Part shown: piece after piece, positions 24,317 through 34,420 of the stretch
Numbering within the stretch: position 1 is the stretch's first letter
How the letters are laid out: every line of letters begins with the position of its first letter
From: Catajapyx aquilonaris
Lineage: Eukaryota
NCBI GenBank assembly: GCA_000934665.2
Contig: JYFJ02004142.1
Coordinates: 1 to 34,420 of the forward strand
Reading direction: 5' to 3'
DNA length: 34,420 nt
Translations under genes and position numbers: made by a program
The notes under the pieces: generated by a model
The model's database searches: none
Seen by the model: only the letters and a program-made list of their open reading frames with translations
What the model was told of the DNA's origin: nothing

Positions 24317-25754
24317 CTAAGCAAATCTGAAAATGAGCAGCAAATCATGAACATTCGTTTAAAATACACAGCAAGGAGCATGTCCCCCCCAGCAAGTGTG
24401 TTACAGTACCACTTGCAAATATGGGCATATTTGCATGCATTTCTTCATCAAGGTCATCGTTTCTCAGCAGGTTTTCTGAATTTCACATACATACAATCTA
24501 AAACATGAATCAGATTGCTTATTTTTCTGAACACATTAATATTCTATATTTCAAAGCCAGCAGCTGCTGTATATTCACAAGGACCAAGTCATGTTTTAAC
24601 GACCCAAATTCCATGTGTCTCCCAGTTTCACATCAAAACCATTGAAGATGATGACTTGTGGGAATATGGACAGCCCTCTAGTTATTGTATGTAAATTCCT
24701 GCCCAAAAAAGATAACTCTGTAAGTGATGGGAACCTCAACAAAAAAAAATCGGCCACTCTTCATTTTTATTGTTCTTCTCTTGCTGTAAGTGAAAGTGAG
24801 CTAATTGGAATTCACTAAGAGTACATTGCATTGTTAGGATCAGCTGCAATGATTCAAATTAAGAAGAAAATTTCCAGTTGTATCTGATTGTGTCATACAG
24901 AGAATTATGAAACAAACATAGTAAATTGCATTTACATGTTTGCCAGTCCTCTATTTAAAATTATTTTAAAAAACAATGCAGATTAATTTGCATTGACACT
25001 TCTGAAGACATGGATAGAAAGGTCTTGAAGGAAATTGTTGCCAATACTTTGTGCGTTTCAGGTAACAACTTTCTACTCCTTCTGGTCTGAGTCAAAGCTA
25101 GACTGTGTGTCACCTTTTGGTCAATCATACAAAATTTGTCTAAGTCAAATAACTGTTCACAGGCCTACTGTGATGAGTTCCTTTCTTCAAAGGTTTGGGT
25201 GGTGATACCATGCAACCATACTAATCATAACATCAGGCTGGCTCTTCTTATCACACTTTGTGGAAATCATGTGATGATAACCACTTCCGAGTAATCTGAG
25301 TACGGAGTACGCGACAGGGTGGCTAAAGCAAGGTATGACAGCTTGAATGAATAGTCCATTTGTTGCACATTTTTGATGCCACGTAGCCGCATGTAGCTGT
25401 GTCTTTAGAACAGTCCAGTTAGATGATATTCAAAACAAACAAACCAGGCAAATAATAATATGCAGGGAATTTCAAAATATGCTAGGAGTTTTCAAAGTCA
25501 AAACATCCATCTGAATACATCAAAATTGGCAGCTGACTCAACCCAACCATCTGTTTTGCCATATGCATTAACTGGATCATGCTCATTGCAACACCTGCTG
25601 ATTGCAACAATTCATAAGGGTTAACCACACTATCTGTAATCTTTATTGTTGAGAATATGCATGGACCTGTTGACAATACAGCAGCAAAAATGTCACCCCA
25701 TTAGAAAAATGGGTAGCGTGTTGTTGTAATAGTTAAGGCCATGACCATACCACA

Positions 25755-26176
25755 CAGCACCAGATTTCCCATTAGGCACAGTAGGCACTTGCCTAGGGGC
25801 AGCCGCGAGAGTTGCAGTAAATATTTAACACCACCACCGTCATGACATTTCCCTATATGGGGTAGTCAGCGATGAAGGGAGATGCTAGTTAACCCCACAT
25901 AAACTTGTAAAAATGAAACTTTAAACAACCCATCCCACCCCCCCACACTGCCCATCTCAGACGAAAATGAATTGTCTGCGAGTGCTTGACCAGTGCTCCA
26001 GATATTTTTCTTTTCAGTCATAATGAGATGTTCGGGAGAGCCGCAATCCCGTATGTTACTATGTATATTTTTAAATAAAATGAAATGTTGGTGAGAGACA
26101 ACACACAAGAGAAAGCATGCGGCGGGTAGAGCTCTCAACTGCCTAAGGCCGGCCGCAAGGGGTAAATCCGGTGCTG
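25755..26176. mobile_element. 422-bp hAT-like non-autonomous element
   Basis: TIRs CAGCACCAGATTT...AAATCCGGTGCTG (12/13 match). The 8-bp flanks ATACCACA and ACACCGCA match at 6/8, both differences being transitions. Subterminal TAGGCA/TGCCTA motifs are present. Confidence 0.7.
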
Positions 26177-26987
26177 ACACCGCAGGTGAGGTCCTAAATT
26201 TGACCTGTGGATCTGCCAGCGGATTATCTCAACTGCTAAGAATATTTATCGGTTTTCTCCGCTTGTCTCGAGCTGTCCTGTTCCCTTGCACTTACAGATC
26301 CACGGTGGTCCTGGCCATTCCGAAGTGCACCTGATTATGACTACATAGTGACTAATCCTACTCTATTAGTCATTACGAGGTGTGAATAAAGCGCACCGTC
26401 CACCCTGCCGTTAACCTGTGCCTGGCAATCCCTGTCCCTTTGTTCCCCACACAAACCACAACAGCAATAGGCTTATTTACTACACTGATTGTGTGGAATA
26501 GCAGTAGAATGGTGGTGGTGATGCAACACACCTGTTTATACCAGCCTCAAGAGTTCAGGTACCTTCATGCAACGGTTGGCCCTACAGCTGGGCTCCAATC
26601 TCATCCCAAAGGCGCCCACGGATCCTCTTCCTTGGCCCCCTTTTTTTATATGTCTACCCCCACTCCACCTCAGTCAACAGAGAGTACAAAACACAGCTAT
26701 GTCGCCCCCAACAGGAGCCAGTGAAATAAAAACTACGACTCATCCAGTTCAGATCCGGCCCGTCCTACGTCGCTTCGGTCACACCAAAAAAAAAATAAGG
26801 AGGCGGAGTCAAAAAATGGGTCCTTGTGTACAGTGACCTCCGCTGGAAAATTAGTTTTGGAATTAAATTTACAGAAGAAAATTATTAATGTAAGTGAATA
26901 TCTTTTTTTTTGTTCAATCGGGGGTGCGGTGGCAGCCATGTTGTAATTCGGACGCGGCCTCAGCTTCTGAGTCGATCAACAGCGAAA

Positions 26988-27436
26988 ATGAGGCTGACTT
27001 TGATGCTTCTTCGTAAGAGGATGCCGCCAGGAAACATTTGGACAGGGTGAGTGCTACTACTGGAATTGGGATGGGGCGTACCAGAGGACTGCAGATGCAT
27101 GTTTGTCCTGTAGGAAGCATCGCATGATTCCGAAGATCACGGAGAAGGCTCTGGAGAGGGAGAGGGAGCAGATTCGGCTGGAGGAGCGGAACATGTTCTA
27201 CCTCAGGCACCCGTACCTCACTGAGGTAATTATTAGGACATCTCAACAGCTTGATAAGGAATGTGAACATGATGGTTGTGTTGCAGGAACAGGAGAAGGG
27301 GCATGTCGCTGTCACTGGAAAGAGGGAGAGGCAAAGAATAGAGTTGTTGAGCATGAGGCAGCGAGGGAGTCTCAAGCCGCACAGCATGATGGAAGACCAC
27401 CTGTTGCATTTGCGGAGTAATGAGGGGTGGGAATGA
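26988..27436 (+). CDS. MRPL57: Mitochondrial ribosomal protein L57 (MRP63 / mL63), 106 aa
   Basis: Exons 26988-27046, 27114-27225 and 27287-27436 give MRLTLMLLRKRMPPGNIWTGKHRMIPKITEKALEREREQIRLEERNMFYLRHPYLTEEQEKGHV...KPHSMMEDHLLHLRSNEGWE. This matches the MRP63 pattern (W-x-GKHR, PY-x-T-x-EQE-x-GH, D-x-L-x-HL). The ORF track does not show it as one ORF. Confidence 0.9.
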
Positions 27437-27785
27437 CGTGTGAAGTTGGTATTCATTTGCCAGTTGTAGGGCGCACTTTGTACAAAATAAAGTCTGTTAA
27501 GCTACATGCCGTAGCCGTACGACTCATAATTCTGACGAATTCCTGGTGGCATGGCAACTGGGCAACTGTCATAAAAACTGCTAAACTGACATTTTCCACA
27601 CGTTTTATTAATGCTTCACATAAACTATTATTCGTATCAACGTAAATATGTAATAAATTGAGAAAAATAGCGCCATTTCTTTGGGTAATATGATTCAACA
27701 AAGTGCAAAAATGCTGCGAAACAAAAATACACGTCTGATGTCAGTTGCAAAGTTCTGACAGTCACACACAGACCATGGTCACACA

Positions 27786-29865
27786 TTACAAGGTTGCCAG
27801 CTCGTCCTTATTGACAGACTTCCCAATGGCCAAGATCTCGGCCACCTTGGCAGCCAATGGATCTCGGTCCAGGGTGGCTGTGGCCAAGAGCTGGCCATCT
27901 TCGTTGAGAAAGTGTGCAGCGAACTTCATCTCCTTCAGGTTGCCGTCGATTACCACCTCATGGAATCCTGCGTTGTATCCAGCAAAGCGGAGGCTCTTTC
28001 CAAACATAACGGACCAGAAGAACGGGACGCTCTTGATTGCACGATTGTGTCCCAGGGCATTTAAGGCAGCAAGGCGACCATGGGCCAGTGCCATCTGCCA
28101 GTGACCAATGGCCACTCTCTCTCCATCATTTATAAACAACGGAAAAGAAGCTATGTCCCCTGCCGCAAACACATCCGGAACGCTCGTCTTCAGCATCTGA
28201 AAATTAAAGATCACCCAAATTGCTCATGGCAGTTGATTGATAGACAACTACATAAGAGGGTTATACCAACCTCATCAACCACAACATATCTCCTGGAATC
28301 CAACTCAACTCCTGACCCAGCCAAGAAGTCTGTGCTTGGGACAACCCCAACTGCCACAAGGCACAGGTCAGCCTCCACTGGATCCCCTCCTTCAACCTTG
28401 ACCTTCACACCTTCCCCATCCTTTTCAACGCCTTGAACCCTAGCCCCCATCCTGAAGAGGACCCCCTTCTCTTGGTACCATTCCATCAAACGTGATCCAA
28501 TCTCTGCTCCAAAGACTGCTGTAAATGGAACCTTCCCTGGGCCAACCACAGTCACCTCAGATGCCTTTCCCATCAAATAAGCTGCTACTTCCATCCCTAT
28601 AAAGGATGAACCAACAATGGCCACCTTCTTTCCAGATACTTGTGCTGCAATCTTATTGGCATCATCAGGTGTGCGTAGCATAAATGTATTCTCAGCTCCT
28701 TCGATGGACCTGGGGCGTCCTCCCGTTGCAGCAATTAAGACGTCATACTTTACTTCCTCGCCTCCACGTAATTTCAGGGTCTTGGACTGTGTGTCAAGTC
28801 CAGTTGCTTCCTTCCCTAGCATCACCTCGATGTCATAACGCTCGTAAAAGTCGGAGGGTCTGAGAGCAAGCTTCTCAGCTGTGGCATCCAATGCCTTACT
28901 GAGCTTAGGACGGTCATAAGGATAGGCGTCCTCCTTGGTCACCAAAACAACACGACCAGTGAAGCCTCCCTGACGAAGAGCCTCAACACTGGACTGACCA
29001 GCACCACCTGTAGCACAGTAAGGGTTAAAGTTGCTCAACTGCAAATTAATGAAAAGCATGAAATGCCTCTCACCTCCCCCGACTACAACAATGGTCCTGG
29101 TGTTTGCCTTGTCCCTGACAGCCATGGTCTTCATCCGCTTCTCAACCTTCCCCTTGCTCCTGTCCACTTTAACCTTGACTTGTCCCTCGTCATCAATCCG
29201 GACGGAATAACACGGCAAGCTGTCCAGCCCTGGGAAGTCCTCGATGTCACCAGTAGCTGCATTAAAGCAAGCACCATGCCAAGGGCATCGAACCTTCCCA
29301 TTGGCAAGTACACCCTTGGCCAGCGGAGCTCCGTAGTGGGTACATTTGTTTCCAATCGCAGACAGCATCCCATTCTGGTTCACAAGCAATATGCGACCCA
29401 AGTCGTCACCCAGCGGAAGCTCCTTCATCCTAGTAATAACAATGCGGTTAGATACTGTCGGATGTGCATACACCATACGTACTCATTGTCACCAATCTCA
29501 GTTGACTTGCAGACAACATATTCAACCTCATCGTCCATCTTCTTCGTACAACTCCCTGCAAATCACATGTATGTCAGCTTGTATATTCACATAATATGAA
29601 TCTGAAATACCTTTTGTAAGTTTGGCCCCCATTGTAGACACTGTGGATAGATACACAACTTGTAGAGTCTACTCGATCATATCACTTCCAAACACTATCT
29701 GTGACTACCTGCTCTGAAGCACTGATATGAGAGAAGGGCGTGGGCAATTAGAGGATCCCTTCTCCCTATCGACAAGGGAAGGAGGCTGTAGGGACCTTTC
29801 CCCTGCCCCCGATAGAGCGTGCGCCTTAGGATTTGTGGTGAGCGGAAGAAAAGCGCTTTTCGCAT
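27786..29865 (-). CDS. AIFM3: Apoptosis-inducing factor 3-like Rieske [2Fe-2S] / FAD-NAD(P)H oxidoreductase, about 587 aa (532 aa from internal Met)
   Basis: Exons 29865-29709, 29640-29611, 29555-29483, 29429-29074, 29007-28271 and 28196-27786. Has Rieske ligands CTHYGAPL...RCPWHGACF, GDIEDFPGLD, FAD-binding VVVGGGGAG, PYDRPKLSK, ATGG, NAD-binding IVGSSFIGMEVA, VFAAGDIA and SVPFFWS. Confidence 0.92.
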
Positions 29866-30024
29866 GGCAGAACTCAACCGAGGTCAGCCCCCCACTATTT
29901 TTCCCCCTCTCCCCACCTGTCAACACATCAAGGACACAACCAGCCCGACTATTGTCCTGGGTTTGTAACCCCCGCTGGTGGAATATGACTCAATTATTGA
30001 TTGAAAACCAGGCCACTGACATTT

Positions 30025-30050
30025 TTTTGGCGGTGTGACGTCATGGCGCC
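30025..30050. promoter_or_regulatory. CRE with adjacent E2F-like and YY1-like motifs upstream of AIFM3
   Basis: TTTTGGCGG at 30025-30033, TGACGTCA at 30036-30043 overlapping CATGGCG, about 170 bp upstream of the first ATG. Confidence 0.4.
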
Positions 30051-30218
30051 AATATTCGGATGGATGTAGTTCAGGTGGGGCAACACAGATGGAGTTCACA
30101 TCGCCTTTTCGAACAGGCGATCAGATAATTAATTAAATTTAATTATTACAAATTAAATTTATCCAGGCCGTATGAATATGGGCAAGGCCATATTGGGTAC
30201 TATAAAACACAAAAAGAT

Positions 30219-30283
30219 TGTCGCGCTGTATCCGTGTGGTGTCCGTGCGATAGTCGCGGACACCACACGGATACAGCGCGACA
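30219..30283. repeat. Perfect 27-bp GC-rich inverted repeat with 11-nt spacer
   Basis: TGTCGCGCTGTATCCGTGTGGTGTCCG (30219-30245) and CGGACACCACACGGATACAGCGCGACA (30257-30283). Confidence 0.97.
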
Positions 30284-30899
30284 TGCACAGTTGGTAAACA
30301 AACAGGGTGACAAAATCGCAAAACGTGCGTGACCCTGCAGGTCATTGGCACCAGTTCAATCCAGATGTGGTCTGGGAGGAAGGGGTTTGAGGGTTACTAG
30401 ATAATCCTCTAACAGCAGCTAACACTTATTCCATGTGTGAATGGAACTTGTTAATGGCAATCTGTGATAAGCCTGCTGACCTCAACATTGCACTTGTGAG
30501 AGGACACAGTGCATTACTCCGGCCCCTTACCTAATGTATTACCGGATTACGAAACGGTGTAGGACACGCGAAAAAAAATAATGAAAACATTAGAAAAACA
30601 CTTGTTCCAGAACCGCGCCCATAGTCCCTTCCCGTATCTCTAACCCGATCTGATTAATTTGTCACGAGCACACGGATGCGACTGGTTGACACTTGCACTG
30701 CGTAGGTACTACCACTCTCGAAATGTTTGCGATTCCTAGGAATGTTAGTCAAGGACAAGGGGTTGTATGGGCTTGGTTCCGGCCATTCTTTTTTTTAACA
30801 TGTTAAGTCACTGGGGGGCGGATGTGGGTAGGCCAATAGACGTGTGACGTATATATGGGAGCGGTGTTTATGTAACTATCGGATTTGTATATTTTTATA

Positions 30900-31198
30900 G
30901 TCGGCCTTCTGCATTTTCTGTTGGACGATTACCAATAGATGGTCCCAGTACAATTTTTTGGGTACCGTACCGTATATTATCGTCGCAATGTTGTATGGGT
31001 TATGCTTTCTGATTGGTACGCCGGCGACGCTTCAGATTGGCCCCCGTTCTGCGCATGCCCAATGGGGGTGGAGGCAGCGCCTCTGGTGGGTGAGACGATG
31101 AACCATCCATTCGTTCGCTGTCTGCCGGATGGTATACATCGATCCCTCCCTACCCCCGCACCCAGTGAGCGAAGCGAGGGTTTTTCTACGTATTTAGT
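30900..31198 (+). mobile_element. Possible degenerate Helitron-like fragment (3' end only)
   Basis: A GC-rich block ends in CCCAGTGAGCGAAGCGAGGG-TTTTT-CTACGTATTTAGT, resembling a GC-GAA-GC subterminal hairpin followed by a decayed CTAG, then changes abruptly to AT-rich DNA. The 5' boundary is not identified. Confidence 0.35.
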
Positions 31199-34191
31199 GT
31201 AAATGTTCAGTAGATTAAGATAGACGGAAGCAGGCTAAATAAGCTGCATAAATTTGCATAATTTTATTATTTAATTAGTTGATTTGATTTTTAATGATAT
31301 AATTTCATTCATAATAAGGTTATGATTGGTCAACACTGACACAATGTGAGCAACTCAAGCATTTTGATGCAATAATCCCTTTTATGTGTAACAAGTGCCG
31401 AAATAATAAATAAATACGCTACCGCTCTTCACCAACCGCGCATATGACGTTATCGCTAATTTCGTCTAATTTACAACCAAGAGCAATGCGATGGCGTGAA
31501 CCATTTGCAGAAAAAAGTGCAAAAAGTAAACATGGAATCTACCCGGATTTCCCCCCCTGCGGAGAGTGAGTAACCTCCTCAGTACAATCAGATACAAGAA
31601 AAGGCAGCCAGGTAGGTATAGTATGGGTCAGATGGCGAAGTTCCTTCCTACCTGGTCTCGCTTTAACGGCCTCGCAACTTTTGTTCCCGCATGATGGCGC
31701 TCACATCGCTTATGGAGTTCTGGCTACTTCTTAGGCCTATAAGATGTGGGAGGGGGGTTAACGACAGCAATTAGGCTGCTGGGTTCAAAAGTGCACTTGG
31801 TAATCATTTCCACGCTGTTTATTTGCTGCATAATGAGTCTCACCTGCACGTGGTCGCCATTTTGGGGCAATTTGGTCCGATTGGATTGGTTCAATTGGTA
31901 TGTTGATTTGGATAGGGGTAGGTAAACAAGCATATCAGGTCCACAAATAGTGTATTGTTCCATCTACTTGGAAGGAGGAACCCCGTTCCTCTTAAGTGTA
32001 GCCTAGAGGCGAATTATCTCAAGTGCGAAAACTGACTTGCATAGTAACAACCCATGCAATTAAAGTGGAAAATGCGACGTAACAGTACAACGTGCTATAA
32101 AGGCAACAGAGGTGGTCAGAATAAAAAGGCTTCTTCTTCACCACTCCGAAACGGCTTTTAGTTGATGGTCTTTTCTTTTCTTCCTGAGTCGCGTCTTCAG
32201 GGGGGGATCCATCGAACAGGGGGATTAACCGTAGCCCATTCCAACCTACTTGTTAATTAATGACTGCCGGCCAGATCAAAAACAGCTTATTTCCGCTTAG
32301 TCAACCTCACTTCCGCCAACTGCACTTCCGCCAAAGCATTGCCCTCCCCGATGGGTCAACCTCAAATAAGGTTGTGGTCATTACTGAATAAGCTGGGCAG
32401 CCAACAAAGTGAAATACATAGTCGAAAAATAACGAATTGTTGCTTACTAATTAATAAAATGTAAATAAGTAGAACAATTAGCAATTAATTTTAATAATAC
32501 TAATTATTCACAATAAACAGTGACAGAGTCGATTGATTAAAGCAGTTTAGTGACCAAAATTCCCGCGTAGGGGACGGCAGGAATCGGAATGCGCCCTAGG
32601 CCACGCCCCATTTTTGCCGCGAAAATATCGTGACTTTTAAACTCCTGATCTAAGAGGGCCCCAGCCCTATAATGGGGTATTCAAAATGAATTAAATTAAA
32701 TTAAACACCTGATCGAAGAATGACATTTTGGTGCTGAAAAGTCGTGTGTTCAATTTCCCTTTGAGCCTCTGGGAATTACGTAACACTTACCCCGTCGTCA
32801 CGGACCGTGACTTTTCACCCTGCAGATACAAGAGTGCCGGCGTTCCTTATTCATTTTCGGAAGGTGCGAGATAATATCTGAACCCCATTTTCAGATGTGT
32901 ATTATTATTAGCAGGCTGTGGTAATGATGATGGTAATAGTCAGGGAGGCTGTAACCCCACGCGTCAGCAGCTTCTGGCATTACTCTTTGACCCCTGACGT
33001 GCATGCGCAACCACTATGGCGTAATTTACTCTTAAGAATTGTTTCTAAGGGACAGGTGGTTGCAATTTTTTTTTGATTAAAAAGAATCCTACATCATAAT
33101 TCCTTAAAATGGAAGGCCCTATTATTACATACGCAGCAATTATCTAAAGGCATAATCAAGTAGATAATTCATCAAGTGACCACCGTTAGGAACGAGTCTG
33201 GTATATACAGTATGTAGTTTTTCGCAGGATATTTTACAACTACTGATTTCCTATACTTTATTGCAGTCGAAATATCAACAATGTCAAAGTGTGAATAGGT
33301 ATCGATACGCATCGCTCGTTGCAACAATTCTTTTGTTCCTATCTGACAACCTCTTCCGCTGCAGGCTACATTTTACAGTTTTGTTTTGACATTTTTTCAC
33401 CTAGCTTCCTGATTGTGCCTATTATATAACCAACAATTTCCTCTGATATTAAGCATTGAGCCATTACACTATTTATAGTAGGCTAAATAATTTGTTTCAG
33501 CCAAATGATAATAAGCGTAACATAGTGCACATCTGTGCATAACGAATGATAGGTACAGAGGAAACTTGCATATTTAGTAGTCCACGGGTGATTTTGAAGC
33601 AATTTCTGTCTCATAAAAGTTCAGAACTCCAGTGTATATAACCTATAAAAATAACTTACGCCACCACTCATACAACCACTCGTACATCTTGAACAATATC
33701 TGCACTACTATGGCAACTCAAATGTCTAATAGAGAGCCCAGTAATTAAAATATTATTAAATTAAATGATTAAAAAATTAGAAATAAATGTTTCAAAAAAA
33801 TGAAAATTGGCCCTCTATCTCACCTGACACCCCAGAGGCGCCATAACCTGGAAGAACCACCACTTAAAACCGGTGCTAACGTCCCCATCAGATCTGGATG
33901 TCCCTTTTTTAAAAAAACGGTGGTGTCTTGGCAAACAGCTGCAGATAACCTAAATTCCCCCCCTCCGTTAGCTGAGATGAAGACCGGAGAAGAGAAGCGT
34001 AATTTGGAACCGTATGTTTTGGAAGTGAATGTGTGCCAGCTAAACGGAAGCCTCGTCTGAGAAGCTCATCACGAACTTGTTTCTCTCTTCGGAAGGGCAA
34101 TCCCGCAGCAACCCCAACCCTCCTCCCATTCCCCTCCTATACCCCCCACTTGTCTACCACCAACTGATTATTTTTTCTTCTCCTCTCACAG

Positions 34192-34278
34192 GTCCTCTCT
34201 TTCGTCCAAGTCCAATCTTCTTCAACGAGGGGAACCTCTAATTTACCGCTGGCTACCAGGGAGCAATTTCACAGCAGG
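34192..34278 (+). other. Putative isolated exon (5' UTR or coding) of a gene continuing beyond the window
   Basis: Branch-like CTGAT, a long polypyrimidine tract and CAG acceptor (TTTTTTCTTCTCCTCTCACAG), 87 nt, then donor AGG|GTATGC. No recognisable product. Confidence 0.4.
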
Positions 34279-34420
34279 GTATGCCTGGTTAGCGATGGAT
34301 AAATCGGAGCCAGTTGGCATTCTGGAGCTTGTGGTTTGAATGTGGCGCCGAATTTTCCATAGTGCGCTCAGTACTCGGTAAGCCGGGCCAAATGAGGCGT
34401 TTGAAATAATAATCGACGAC

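Noticed and set aside
25170..25302. Box C (GTGATGA) and box D (CTGA) motifs suggesting a C/D snoRNA
   Set aside because: The motifs are on the strand opposite to the host RNFT transcript, the terminal stem is only about 3 bp, and no rRNA guide was recognised.

Overview
Eukaryotic, intron-containing and gene-dense DNA. It is most likely from an arthropod, judging by the Drosophila-type aldolase with alternative last exons, a DRE motif and short GT-AG introns. Eight protein-coding genes could be spliced by hand into complete in-frame CDSs: MRPL44 (+), CENPJ/SAS-4 (-), CCDC86 (+), class I fructose-bisphosphate aldolase (-), ARL6IP4 (+), RNFT1/2-like (-), MRPL57 (+) and AIFM3 (-). They alternate strictly in strand, giving head-to-head and tail-to-tail pairs. 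Introns and intergenic DNA carry non-autonomous transposons (Helitron, PIF/Harbinger-type MITE, hAT-type MITE) and a composite direct/tandem repeat. The most notable observations are: (1) a perfect 24-bp hairpin burying the splice donor of a frame-preserving CENPJ exon; (2) an AIFM3 5' end that appears to encode both a mitochondrial-presequence isoform and an MG-initiated, myristoylation-type isoform; (3) two aldolase terminal exons plus a possible third whose stop codon and AATAAA lie inside a hairpin; (4) a perfect 27-bp inverted repeat upstream of AIFM3. Gene names come from recognising motifs by eye. No database search or folding computation was run.
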